Source: Gracilinanus agilis (taxonomy: Eukaryota). Taken from it: a stretch of 57,521 bases of DNA. This document shows positions 43,168 through 54,806 of this stretch, one piece after another. Position 1 is the stretch's first letter. Each line of letters starts with the position of its first letter. Location: assembly GCF_016433145.1 (NCBI RefSeq), contig NC_058134.1, positions 308,312,621 through 308,370,141 of the forward strand, written 5' to 3'. Both the position numbers and the translations under genes were made by a program. The notes under the pieces were generated by a model. That model had not been told where the DNA came from. It did no database searches and saw only the letters and a program-made list of their open reading frames with translations.

Positions 43168-43504
43168 GTCCGGCGGGTTCTCTGAAAAAGAAAGGACACG
43201 GGCTCAGGGCCTCGGGAAAGAGCGGGAAGTCCTGTGGGCCGGCTGGCCGGAGGCTGGAGCCAGCGAGGCTCCTCGGCCATCAGGGGATCATGATCTCCCT
43301 CTTGTCCCGCCTCCTGCCATCGTTCTGTTACCAGTGATGTCCCGGGAAAGGGCCGCCTCCGCGCTGTCCTGCCAGCACCCCCGGAGCCCCCGCCGCAGGG
43401 GAACCTCAGCCTGCTCCTTCCGGGGCTCCGGGTCTTGGAGGCGTTTTGTTCCTTAGAGAAAAGATTACGAGTCTGGGGGGCGACCGAATGGACCTTAAAA
43501 AACG

Positions 43505-43914
43505 ACGCTCTTCCCTCCTGTCTTAGAATCACTACTGTGTGCTGGCTCCAAGGCAGAAGGGCGGTCAGGGCTAGGCAATGGGGGTCAAGTGACTTGCCCA
43601 GGGTCACCCAGTGAGGAAGTGTCTGAGGCTACATTCGAACCCACATCTTCCTAACTCCAGGCCTGACTATCCATTGAGCCATTGAGCTACCCCAGCCCAA
43701 ATCTCCTTTTTTTTTTTTTTTTAAAACCCCCACCTTCCGTCTTGGAGTCAATACTGTGTATTGGCTCCAAGCAGAAGAGTGGTCAGGGTGGGCCATGGGG
43801 GTCAAGTGACTTGCCCAGGGTCACACAGCTGGGAAGTGTCTGAGGCAGGATTTGAACCCAGGACCTCCCGTCTCCAGGCCTGGCTCTCCATCCACTGAGC
43901 TACCCAGCTGCCCC
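43505..43914 (-). mobile_element. Two tandem SINE1_Mdo-like copies (older about 43505-43695; young 43707-43914)
   Basis: Young copy has TSD cccaaatctccttttt at 43696 and 43915. Confidence 0.85.
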
Positions 43915-45711
43915 CCCAAATCTCCTTTTTTAACCCTATTATGCTGGGAGAATCAGCGAAGGCCTGCTTCCGCTAGGGCTTGTTTCACCACCTCTCTGTG
44001 ATGCGGGGCTTTGCTGGCCTTTCAGGAGGCGCCAGACCCTTGCAGGCTGCAGCGACATATACGCTCTCCACCATTTTCCTGTGTCACCCCCACAGACCGC
44101 CACCTGGCGGGCACCCCGGACGTCTCTGCAGCACTCTGGAGGCTCCGAAGTTCTGTCCCTCTTTTTACTCCCCGTCTGCATGGAGGCAGAAGCCTCGCCG
44201 CAGGGGCCCCACGTTCTGTCCACGTCCTGTGTGGAGAGCTGCCGAGTGTGGCACGATTTTGGTCCCGGAAGTAGACGGCAAGTCTGCTAGTTTGTTCTTG
44301 TTCCGTCGGGTCTGACCTCCGTGACCCCGGGCGGGTGTTTCGGGGGCGAAGAGACTGGGGGGGCTGGCCATTTGCCTCCCCAGCTCACTGGACAGGGGAG
44401 GAAACTGAGGCAAAGAGGGTTCATTCAGTGACTTGTTCATGTCTTCCTCCCTCGAGCCCCAGTGCTTTATCCACAGGGCCACCTAGCTGCCCCCGACACT
44501 GGTATCACATAGTATAAACTGCTTTAAACTTTATCGCTCTTATTGCCGCTCTCAAGCCCGTTTTCCCAGAGGCCCCCTCTGGCTCTGGTGTTCTTCGACT
44601 TGGACTCTTCATTCGAGTTCCCATGAAGGAAAGATGCCAGCCTGCCCTCGCTGGGGCCCCGATGGGGCGGGGAGCACACGGGTCCCACTTTAGCTCTCTC
44701 TGCTCGGAGCCAGATTCACATCCCCACCGGATAATGAGGGGAGAGAGAGGATGACCCTATTGGAGCAGGAGGGAAGAGCTACGGGCCTGGCCATCAGCCC
44801 AGCCCAGCGACTGATGGGAAAATGCAAGAAGCTTCCTGCCCGCCCAGGCCTGCCCTCTGCCAAGGCCCTTCCCTCCACACAGGGAACTCTCACTTCTGCG
44901 GATCGAGGGCAGCCTGGGCAGTGGAGAGGGTGTCAAGACACGTGCGTGCCAGTCCTAGCTCCACCACGGACTCATGAGCAGCCTTAAGAATATGCCATCT
45001 CCTTGCTGGGCCTCAGTTTCCCCACCAATAAAAAAAAGGTGATCTCAAAGGGTCCTCCCAACCAGGAAGCTGCGAGGAGACTTCCCGGCTAGCTCAAATA
45101 TAGTTTTTAAATAAACAAGTTCCTGAATCTGCCTGCTGCCGCTCCCGAGCTCTTCCCCCCAAGCCTGGCTCGCCTCCTTCTTCCTTTCTCTCTCCTGAAC
45201 AGATTCCCTGAGCTCTAGGCAGCCCCTGGGCCTCCACTCCCTGTGCAAAAGATCATAAAAGCTCCCCCGCCTCCGGCTCGGCCTCTGCCTGCTGCCCAGT
45301 GCCAAGCCTGGGATGACTCTGCACATTTATCGGCCTGGGCTGGGGCCCCACCATTTGGTTTGTCCCAAGTCTCTGGAAGGATTCCTGGCATGAGGGTTTT
45401 CCCCCTGGCTTCCCTGGCTGGGCCCAGCCCTTCCTCCTGGAGCCTCACCTATAAAACAGGGACTTTTCTATCCCCACCCAACTCCCTCATGGCGCTGCGG
45501 GGAGACGCTGACACACACTGACTTCAAGAGTGGACAGGGCCCGGGGAAAGAGAGCAAGAGATGAGCGAGAGCCTCTCTTTGCCCCTCTGGGCCTCGGCTT
45601 CCTCCCCTGTAAAATGAGAAGGGCTCTTCTGGTTCTAAATAGCTCATCCCTTCCTTCTCTCTCCCTCCTTCCCTCCTTCCTTCTTGTCTTTCTTCCCTCA
45701 CCAAATATTGG

Positions 45712-45838
45712 TGCCAAGGCAAAAGAGTGGTAAGGTCTGGGCAACTGGGGTTAAAGTGATTTGTCCAGGGTGAAGATTTGAAGCCAGGACCTCCCATCTC
45801 TGGGCCTGGCTCTCTATCCACTGAGCCATCTAGCCACC
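45712..45838 (-). mobile_element. SINE1_Mdo-like partial copy
   Basis: gagtggtaagg...ggggttaaagtgatttg...ggacctcccatctctgggcctggctctctatccactgagcc. Confidence 0.7.
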
Positions 45839-46431
45839 CCGACAATGTCCTTTCTAAAACAGACATGATGCCAAGAACGGAACCCAGCCCTCCAGCTGAG
45901 CAGGGCAGAGGGCCCCCCGGTGCCAGCCTCTCTTAAAGCTTCTAGAGCAGCATTTGGCGCAATTGGGCATTAAGTGCTTCCTGCATGGAGGCAGAGACAT
46001 AATGGAAACATCCCTGGCCTCGGCCTCCAGTCTTGGGCGCAGAGGCCTTTGGGAAGAGCAGGAATGGGGCTCGTTAAGGCCAGCCCACAGTGTCACAGCA
46101 GGGGCTGCCCCAGGCTGCCAGTGTTTGCTTTCAGGGCCTGGAAGGGAAGGAAAGAACTCACTGGAGCTGGCTGGCTGGAGCCGGGCTGGAGCAGGGCAGG
46201 GCGGCTCCAGTTCCCTGAGGATGCACCTCGCAAAAAGTGTGGTGACTGGAGCTGTGTCTATCCCAGAACCTCAGAGCTCGGTGGGGCTCCAGAGGCTGCT
46301 GAGGCCCGCTCTGCCCGAGCCCGAAGGCCCTCCAGAGCCCCCTGTGATCTCGCCCCCCAATGCGGCTCCTCCCTTCTCCATCAGGGACTTTGGGGAAATT
46401 GGATCGTTTCTTCCCAGAAGGCTGACCGCCG

Positions 46432-46655
46432 TGGGCAGTGAAGGGGTGCCACAGTGCACAGAGTGCCAGCCTTGGAATCAGGAGTTCAAATCTGACCTCA
46501 GATACTTCTTAGCTGTGTGACCCTGGATGGATCACTTCACCCTGTTCCTCGTGCAAAATGAGCTGGAGAAGGAAAGGGTAAACCCTTCCGGTATCTTTGC
46601 CAAGAAAACCCCAAACGGGTCACAAAGAGATGGAGGTGACTGAAGGGACTGAACT
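46432..46655 (+). mobile_element. Mar1-like SINE
   Basis: tRNA head plus ctggagaaggaaagg...gtatctttgccaagaaaacccc tail. Confidence 0.65.
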
Positions 46656-47299
46656 GTTCCTGGTAGGTTACAAATAAAAACTGAAAGACAATCCCTGCCT
46701 TCAGGGAGCTCCAATTCTGCACAGCGCAATGGGAAGTATGTATCGAGATTCCTCCAAGTAGATACAAAGTGAAGGCGATACTCAGAGAAAGCGATAACAA
46801 AGTATCTTTGGGGGCTGCCGGGCCAGAAGGAGGCTAGGAAATCTACCAGGAAGAGTGAAGCAGCCCCCTGGGGCGGGGCAGATACTTCCTCCATACTCAC
46901 TCAGGAAGGAGCCGGACCCAGCCAGGGCATCAGCTCTTCCAGACCTCTGCTCAGGCCACTGAGACCTCCAGCTCTTCTTCACCCTCTAGGGAAGAGCTGG
47001 CTGCAAATCCGGTGTTCAGTCCCATACTTGTTCCCCGACTTTGGGGGGCCAAGCCTTGAGCTCCTCTGTTTCCCTCTTTCTGCCCTGGTGCCATGTGTGA
47101 CCCTGGGCAAGTCCCAGCCTCTCTGGGCCCATCGTCTTCCCAGTAAACCAGGCGTGGGAGAGCCCCAGCTCCGGCCTGCCCTTCCAGGAAGTTTGCCAAG
47201 AGCAGAGCAGAGCAGAGGGCCCCTGCCAGGGCTCCGGAGGCTGCCAGCCAGGCCAGGCTCTAGGAGGAGCTTCGGAGGGGACTGAAGGTAAGCTCACCC

Positions 47300-48050
47300 T
47301 CCGCCCCTGCAGCCAGCATTGCTCTGGGCTGCCAGCCGGGCCCCTAGAACCAAGGAGACTCTCAGCCGGGCATCTGGGCCAGCCTCGGCGGGACGCAGAC
47401 AGCTCCTGTTCGAACTCGGGCCAGGGCCGGGGAACTCACTACCTCCGGAGCCGGGCCGGCTCGGAGTGCTGGGGAGCTTGGGGCGGCCTGGGCGCTGGCT
47501 CGCCTCATCTGGCCTCCGCCACGGTCCCCGGCAGCCCGGCCATTTCCCAAGCCCTTCCTTCCTCCAGTTACCTACCGTGGGGCTCCGGAGGGAGAGCGGG
47601 CAGGCGGGGGAGGGCCGCTGCTGTGTCCGGGCGATGCCCTCTGAGCGGTGCCGCACAGAATCTCGGCAGAGCGGCGGAAGCGCTTAGAGATCCTCACACC
47701 CACGGCCCCACTCTGCAGATTAGACAGATGAACGGAGGCGGGCCGAGGGGGAAGGCAAACTGAGGCTCGGCCTTCGGGCGGGGCGGGGCCGGGGATGGGC
47801 GGCTCACTCACCAGAGGCGCCGCGGAGGCCGCCGGGCCCGCCCCCAGCCAGCGGCCCGCCCAGCCCTGCCCTCCCGAGTCCGGGCCGGCCCAGAGGCCGC
47901 CCGCTGGCTGCCGAGCCCGGTTTGGGGGCCCCATCAGAGGTCTCCCCGTGAAGGGGACTCCCGGAGGAAGCCATGCCCGCCCCTTGCCCGGGGTCACACG
48001 GGGACTTCCCCTGAGCCCCGCTGCTCTCCCCTCTCCGCCTGGCCATAAAA
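47300..48050. promoter_or_regulatory. TSPO CpG-island promoter region
   Basis: CpG-dense block with tandem GC boxes at 47776-47790, 4.1-4.9 kb upstream of TSPO exon 2; boundaries approximate. Confidence 0.75.
47576..47690 (-). other. TSPO: Probable non-coding TSPO exon 1 (TSS not determinable)
   Basis: Donor ACG|GTAGGT at 47576/47575 on minus strand inside a CpG island, with an ETS-like GCGGAAG near 47674 and GC boxes near 47776-47790 upstream. Eutherian TSPO has a non-coding exon 1. Other donors exist at 47812 and 47298. Confidence 0.5.
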
Positions 48051-48769
48051 TGGGACTGAAACCCAGCCTGGGGCTCAGAGGGAAGCGGGGCTCCCGCCCT
48101 GTCCTGCTCCCCCACCTCATCTCCAACTGCTCTCTGGTCTGCTGCGGCTCTCCCAGGCGCCCCCTCCTCACTCTAAAACCCTGGAGCTCCTCGTTTTACA
48201 GAGGAGTAAACTGAGTCACCCAGGCAGGGGGAGCAGGACCCAGGTCGTGCTGTTGGAGCAGCTAGGCAAGCACAGGCCTGGAGCTGGAAGGACCTGGGTT
48301 CAAGGGTGACCTCAGGCTGTGTGGCCCTGGACCAATCACTTCCCCTCTCATTGCCTAGCCCTTCCCACTCTTCTGCCTCAGAACTAATACTTAGTATTGA
48401 CGTGTGCACCGACTGGTCCTGTGAGCCTGTGGCCAGACTTTGCTTAAGGACCCCCATGGAGCAGGCACTGGGTTCATTCGGCTTTGGGCTCTCCGCTCCC
48501 CCAGCTAACCCCCTGCCAATTGGGAAACAGTTCTCCGCCATTCAGCTCTGCAGGCCAAACAGCCCACATTCCTCCACAGACCCCGGGCTCTCCTCCAGGG
48601 GCCCATTCTGGGCAAGGAAAGCTGACCGGACCGGTTCAGCATCAGGAATGAGAGGATTTCATGGCATTAAAGAAGAGGTGCTGCCCCCTGAGGCCGCTGG
48701 CCTGCAACTAAAACCTTCCCGACCAGTTGTCTCCCCCAGGCCAGAGACTGACTTTTCTCTTTGTGTTTC

Positions 48770-48955
48770 TTTTTTTTTTTAAACCCTTAACTTCTGTGTA
48801 TTGGCTCCAAGGCAGAAGAGTGGTCAGGGTGGGCCATGGGGGTCAAGTGACTTGCCCAGGGTCACACAGCTGGGAAGTGGCTGAGGCCGGATTTGAACCT
48901 AGGACCTCCCATCTCTAGGCCTGACTCTCCATCCACTGAGCTACCCAGCTGCCCC
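48770..48955 (-). mobile_element. Young SINE1_Mdo-like copy between the TSPO and MCAT promoters
   Basis: TSD ttctctttgt(g/a)tttc at 48755 and 48956. Confidence 0.88.
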
Positions 48956-49689
48956 TTCTCTTTGTATTTCATGTTTAGCACCAGGCTTGGCACAAAAGAA
49001 GTGCTTAGTAAACACTTCTGTTCATTCAACTGATCACAGAGGGATGTTGGGCATCATCAGAACTGGGTTCGAATCCTGACCATACTATACCATACTATTT
49101 GTATGATCTTGGAGTCCTCAGTTTTCTGATCTGCAAAATGGATCAGATGATCCTCGAGATCCCTTTCTAGTGGAAATCGGTGCTCCCGGACCTCGAACAC
49201 AATGATGAATTTTTAGAGATTTTTCTGGTCCAGACCCAACAAGCGACCGACTAGGAGGACTGTGAGGTGCTCCGCGCCACACCCCAAACGAGTCAAGGGC
49301 AGAATGAAGAAGGACTCCCATGTACAGCCTTCTACTTTTTCCAAAGGTAGGCACTAGGTGGTGCCATGGCGCATGAAGAGCCAGGCCTGAGTTGAAATTG
49401 GACATCAGACATTAGCTGTGTGAGCCTGGGCAAGTCATTTCGCCCTTAGTTTGCCTCAGTTTCCACGTCCGTGAAATGACGGTATCAGACTAGCTGGCTT
49501 CCGAGGTTCCTTCCAGCCCTAGGGTCGGGCTGCGTCACTGACGTGCTGTGTGACCTGGGGTGACTGTCTTGACCTGCCAAATCCCACTGGCTGCAGGGAA
49601 GGGGGCGCTTCGAAAACCTTGAAGCGCTACAGAAGTTGGGGCTGTCACTTATTATATCATTAAAATGCATCATATTTATTATCATTGTT

Positions 49690-49791
49690 GATACGTGTAA
49701 AATCCAGTGGAATTGCGCGTCGGCCACGGGGAGGGAAAGAACATGAGTCGTGTAACCGTGGGAAAATATTCGAAAAAAGAAAAATAACTAA
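49690..49791 (+). mobile_element. Extremely 5'-truncated LINE-1 (about 102 bp) in the MCAT promoter
   Basis: Homologous to the L1 3' end at about 290-400; A-rich tail; 18-bp TSD atat(t/c)tattatcattgtt at 49672-49689 and 49792-49809. Confidence 0.85.
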
Positions 49792-49809
49792 ATATCTATT
49801 ATCATTGTT

Positions 49810-50460
49810 AAGGAGAGGGCGCTGTGAGGAGGAGGAACGTTTCTGCCGGACTCTGGTTTCTCCGTACGACGGTCGGACCGAGCTGTGCGCGCACCCACGC
49901 GGCGCGTCGGGAGTTGCTAGACAACGGGCGCGGGGGCGGGGACGGCGTAGGCGGCGGCGGCGTCTGTCATGGCGGCCCCCATCCGACTTCGGCTTAGCGC
50001 CGGGACAGCCGGCGCGCCCTGGCGGCGCCTCTGGTCCTCGCAAGCTCGGGACCCCGCGGGGCCGCCGCCGCCATCTGAGGTGGTGGACGTGGCGGCGCTG
50101 CTGAATGACGCCTCGGTGGGCTCGAGCCCGAGGCACAGGCCTAGCTCTCGGCCGAGCCCCCAGGCCACCTCAGTGCTGCTCTTCCCCGGCCAGGGCAGCC
50201 AGGTCGTGGGCATGGGGCGCGCGCTTCTGCAATACCCGGGCGTGCGCACGCTCTACGACGTCGCCGGGCGCGCGCTGGGCTATGATCTGCTTCAACTGAG
50301 CCTACAAGGGCCGAGCAAGGAGCTGGAACGCACAGTCCGTTGTCAGCCGGCGCTCTACGTGGTCTCGCTCGCCGCCCTGGAAGCGCTGCGGCACCAGCGG
50401 CCCGAGGTAAGCCCCGCCCCCCGCCCCAGCAAGTAGTAGTTGCGCATGCTCAGGCATTTG
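49810..50460. promoter_or_regulatory. MCAT CpG-island promoter with NRF1-like motifs
   Basis: CpG-dense; TGCGCGCA at 49886-49893; TGCGCATGCTCA at 50441-50452 (11/12 to the NRF1 palindrome TGCGCATGCGCA). Confidence 0.8.
49969..50406 (+). CDS. MCAT: MCAT exon 1 (coding part)
   Basis: gtcATGG start; ends GAG|GTAAGC. Confidence 0.94.
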
Positions 50461-53400
50461 GCTTCCTTTCCTGGCCGCCCTACCCACCGAGGTGTAGCCT
50501 CAGTCTGCACTTCTGTACAATGGGGGCAACAGGTACAGCTGACCTGGGCTGGAGGCTTTGGGGAGGTGGATGATGAGTAAAGCGCTTTGTAAACAAATCA
50601 GGGCCCGAGGAATGTCAGAGGAAGGAAAGACCGAGCCTCCTCTCCTCCAGCACCTCTACAGAGAGGAGAACATGGGTTCAAATCCCACCCCGGATGCTTA
50701 CTCCCCGTGTGACCTTGACCAGTCCCTTTCTTTCCTCTGGGCCTCAGTTTCCTCCACGGTAAAGTAGGGGAGTTGGAACTGGTGGCCTTGGAGGTCCCTT
50801 CCATCTTTAGAACTGGACCTTGGTTATCCCTTCTGTGTAATGGGGAAAGAGAAATTGGACCCTGAATGTTGACCTCCGAGGTCTCAGGACTATGCAGCTG
50901 CCTCTAGACCAAGAAGAACCTGATTCTGTGTCTAATCCCCCTGGTGCTGCAGAGTGTTGGGGGCACCAAAAGCACTTAATCCAAAATCTCTCTTATCTTT
51001 TCTTTGGGAAAACCCCTCGTCTAGTGGAGACCTCCCTTTGTTCCTCTTTCCCCTCCATCTGATCAGAGATTTTCCCAGAAGGAGGAAAAACTAACTTTGG
51101 ATTATCAGTTCTTTTTGAATTTTTGTAGGATTTTCAAACCCAAGACTAGGTGGTGTTTCTCCCATCCTGTCTAGGGGGCACCCACTATGGTCAGAACTGT
51201 TTATTGATAAAGCAGGAGTTCCAAGCTGCTATGATGTTCTTTGCTCTCGAGGCTCCAGGAGGATTAAATGGGGAAGTCAGGTTTGGAAGACTGAGAACCT
51301 TTGAGTTGGAAGGCTCCTAGGTATAGTGCTAGAAGGGATCTAGAGCCCAGAGTCTGAATTTCCAACCCTTTGTTTAATGCATGAATTGAGATGGACAGAT
51401 CAGCAAAGGGAAAAAAGGAAGGAAAGAAGGAGGCATTCGAGGTTATGGGACCTATCAGGCAGTGGGAAGTGATCAGTCGAGGGAGGGAGGAGTAGAAGGG
51501 GCATTGGGGAGGCAGCTGGGTGGCTCAGTGGATTGAGAGCCAGGCCCAGAGATGGGAGGTCCTGGGTTCCAATCTGACCTCAGATACTTCCTAGCTGTGT
51601 GACCCTGGGCAAGTCACTTAACCCCCATTGCCTAGCCCTTACCACTCTTCTGCCTTGATTCTAAGATGGAAGGTAAGGGTTTTAATAATTAAAGAAGAGG
51701 AAGAAGAAGGGACATTGGAATGATTGACAGATGAGGGAGTAAAGGGGAAAAGTCCTCTTCAGCGCTATGAAGGTTTCCATATTAGCAACTTCCCCACATC
51801 CCCATGATGGATGTTTCTCTTCTGTAGTCTCTCCTTTTGGTTTATCCTCTCTTACGTGGTCCAGGCATCAGTCAATAACAAACATCTGGTAAATACTTAT
51901 TAGGTGCCAGGCACAGTGTAAAGAGCTAGAGACAGAAATAGACCAAAAGAATCCAGCCTCTGCCCTCGGGGAGCTTACGTTCTAATCAGCTGGGCAAGGG
52001 CCATAGAGGCAGAGGGACGCTAGGGTGAGCAGAGAATCCAGATGAGGGCTGTGAAGAGGGCTTCATTCTGTGCTAGAGAAGTCAGTCCCCTTGCAGCGTT
52101 CCCAAGAAGGGGTCCCATCCAGGCTGGGGGCCTACCCTCCTCACGGGAGCACAGGATTCCTTGCTGCTCACATGAGCCTCAGGACCCTGTGTCAGATTGG
52201 GCTCCAGCTGGTTATTCAGAGCCTGTTTTCAAGGCCTGACTTTGTGCTGTACATCTCTCACCACAGGTTATTGAGACTTGTGTTGCTGCGGCTGGATTCA
52301 GTGTGGGAGAGTTTGCAGCCCTTGTGTTTGCCGGTGCCTTAGAATTTGAAGAAGGTACTCTGGATGTTTGCTGGATTTTACCCTGGGGACGGGGCCAGCA
52401 GGGGGTTTGTGCCATTGTTTGAAGTGACCCTGAATTACACAGTGAGCCTGCCTTGAGAGTAAGAGGGTAGAGTCGGGAAGAAGTAGAGTGGAGTGGGCAG
52501 AGCCCTGGACCCAGAACAGCTGCTTTCAGTTTCTGGCTCTGATTCTTGCCAGCACTTGGAGCCCAGGCCTCGGGTTCTTAATCTATAATACGGTGGTCGT
52601 AGAGAGAGGAGAGAGGTAGCATAGCAATGTATTGAGAGCTGACCCGGGAGCCAGGAAGCCCTGAGGCCTGCCCTGCCCTGACACCCTGTGGGGTAGGGGT
52701 CAGAGGTGACCCAGGTAATATCCCCCCAACACTGATGAAGTCATTTGTGTGAACCAAAACAGAAACCAGTCGAGGAATCCTAAATGTCAAGGTCCTTTGT
52801 TCCTCTCCCATCTGCCACATGCTCTTATCCTGTCTCAGGTCCTATCTCAGCAAATGCATGAATTCAGTGGGGCCCGGCACTGTGAATGTGGCTCAACTTG
52901 CCTTCTGGGTTCTCTTCCAGCCCCACCTTCCTTAGTTTCCTTCCATTGCCTCTGCTTGGAGAAGCCCTCCCCACCCTGTGTATCTGCACTGCGTACCTCT
53001 TCTCCCATGCACTGTCTCTGTCTCTGTGTCGCCCTCTTTCCCTGTCCCCTGTTCCCTCCCTCCCTCCCTCCCTCTCTCCTCTGATGACCCCCCTCCACCC
53101 TGAACAGCCCTCCCTTTTGACTCCCCTGTGCCATCCAGCTCCTAGGTGCCCTCTCCTCCCCATCGCTGCTGAACTCCTTGTGTGTCCTGTTGGGGACAGA
53201 GGGGGCAGCTAGAGAGGCAGTGCTCAGGCTGGACCACTTCACTTCCATAGGTCCCTCCTGGCTCTGAGAGTCTGTCGTTCCACAGGGAAATGAAGGGCCG
53301 AGTCTACAGAACTGAAAACCACCCTCCTGTGCTTAGGCTCATCTGCTTCCTCAGTTTCTCCCCTCTCCAGTCCAGCCTCTGCTCTGCTTCCAAGGTGATC

Positions 53401-54806
53401 TTCCGACACATCATCCCCCAGCCATCCAGTCTATATTCCTGGCTCCTCCAGAAGCAGCTGAGGAAGCCTTCACCAGGCAGCTTCTATTTACCTTTCCAGC
53501 CAGCATAAATGTAACTCCTCCAGTCAGGCAACCTCTCCTGTGGCTCAGCTGTGGCCCTCCATTGTACCCCCTGTCCCAGGCTGGCATTTTCCCTCATCTC
53601 TGCCTCCTGGCGTCCTCTTGAAATCCCACCTTCTGTAGCCAACCTGTAGTGCCTTCTCCCCAAGACGACCTTCTGTTTTTACTATCTGTATCTTGTATGT
53701 CCCTGGTGATAACCCTCCGTCCTTGGCATAGAGCCTGGCACACAGTAAGAGCATCAGATGCCCGTCTAGTGATCGGTGGCCTTTGCTCCTTGTCAGGATT
53801 GCATGTGGTCAAAGTCCGTGCAGAGGCCATGGAGGAAGCGGCAGCGGCAATACCCAGTGGGATGCTGTCTGTGCTCGGTCGACCTCAGTCCCAGTACAAG
53901 GCGGCGTGCCTCGATGCACAAGAGCACTGCCGGACCCTGGGCATCAAGCAGCCCGTGTGTGAGGTGGCCAACTACCTGTTTCCTGACTGCAGAGTGATTT
54001 CTGGACACCTAGAGGTGAGTGTTCTCAGGGGTCTTTGGGGACGTTGAAGATTTCCTGCTTAGATCTCCCAAGGATCCTGGAAGATGCCCTTTCTAGGAGC
54101 ACAATAGTCCTAGGGTTCACCCTGTTCCCATCTGAGGACCCTGGAGTCTCACCCCAGCCCTGCTGCCAAGTAGCCATGGGACATTAAGCAAGTCATTTCC
54201 CTTTTCTGGATCTCAGTCAGGCCTCAGTCATTTGTAGTCAGTGTGGGCTGACAGGCACTGCCCCCACCCTATGGGTCCATATCCTCTAGGTCAGACAGAC
54301 AGTGAGCCTGCCACCCTGGACGGCTGTGGGTGCTTGGCACCCCCTGACTCTGTTCCCTGTCTGTTCTGTATCAGGCTCTGCAATTCCTCCAGAAGAATTC
54401 TTCCAGGTATCACTTCAAGAGAGCCAGGATGCTGCCGGTCAGCGGAGGGTTCCACACGTGCCTTATGGAACCTGCCCTGGAGCCGCTGGCACAAGTCTTA
54501 AAGAAAATCGACATAAAGAGGCCGTTGGTCTCTGTCCATTCCAACGTGGACGGCAATAAGTACATGCATGCCAAGCACATCCGGCAGCTGCTGGTGAAGC
54601 AGGTCGTGTCCCCCGTGAAGTGGGAGCAGACCATGCATGCCATCTACGAGCGCAGGAAAGGCATAGAGTTCCCGCAGACCATCGAGGTGGGGCCTGGGAG
54701 GCAACTAGGGGCCATTCTGAAGAACTGTAACCTTAAGGCGTGGAAGGCCTACAGTCACGTGACTGTGATGGAGGAAGACAAAGAGGAGAAGGCCCCAGAG
54801 GCCTAG
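49969..54806 (+). CDS. MCAT: Mitochondrial malonyl-CoA:ACP transacylase (FabD family), spliced CDS of 4 exons, 1176 nt, 391 aa
   Basis: join(49969..50406,52267..52354,53797..54014,54375..54806). LLFPGQGSQ, catalytic GFSVG, VKVRAEAM, SGGFH and EVGPG motifs. Arg-rich, acid-free N-terminus fits a mitochondrial presequence. Confidence 0.97.
51508..51704 (+). mobile_element. SINE1_Mdo-like copy, MCAT intron 1
   Basis: TSD agaaggg(g/a)cattgg at 51494 and 51705. Confidence 0.85.
52267..52354 (+). CDS. MCAT: MCAT exon 2
   Basis: ccacag|GTT; VIETCVAAAGFSVGEFAALVFAGALEFEE; G|GTACTC; 88 nt. Confidence 0.94.
53797..54014 (+). CDS. MCAT: MCAT exon 3
   Basis: tgtcag|GA; LHVVKVRAEAM...ISGHLE; GAG|GTGAGT; 218 nt. 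Confidence 0.95.
54375..54806 (+). CDS. MCAT: MCAT exon 4 (coding part)
   Basis: tatcag|GCT; ALQFLQKNS...EKAPEA TAG. Confidence 0.95.
   Translation, partial: ALQFLQKNSSRYHFKRARMLPVSGGFHTCLMEPALEPLAQVLKKIDIKRPLVSVHSNVDGNKYMHAKHIRQLLVKQVVSPVKWEQTMHAIYERRKGIEFPQTIEVGPGRQLGAILKNCNLKAWKAYSHVTVMEEDKEEKAPEA

Noticed and set aside
6798-51704. Apparent minus-strand bias of SINE1-type copies (about 11 minus to 4 plus)
   Set aside because: Small sample, includes tandem insertions, and is not consistent relative to host-gene direction
54438-54458. MCAT motif SGGFH instead of human SGAFH next to the catalytic His
   Set aside because: I recall mouse Mcat also reading VSGGFHTC, so this is probably ordinary mammalian variation
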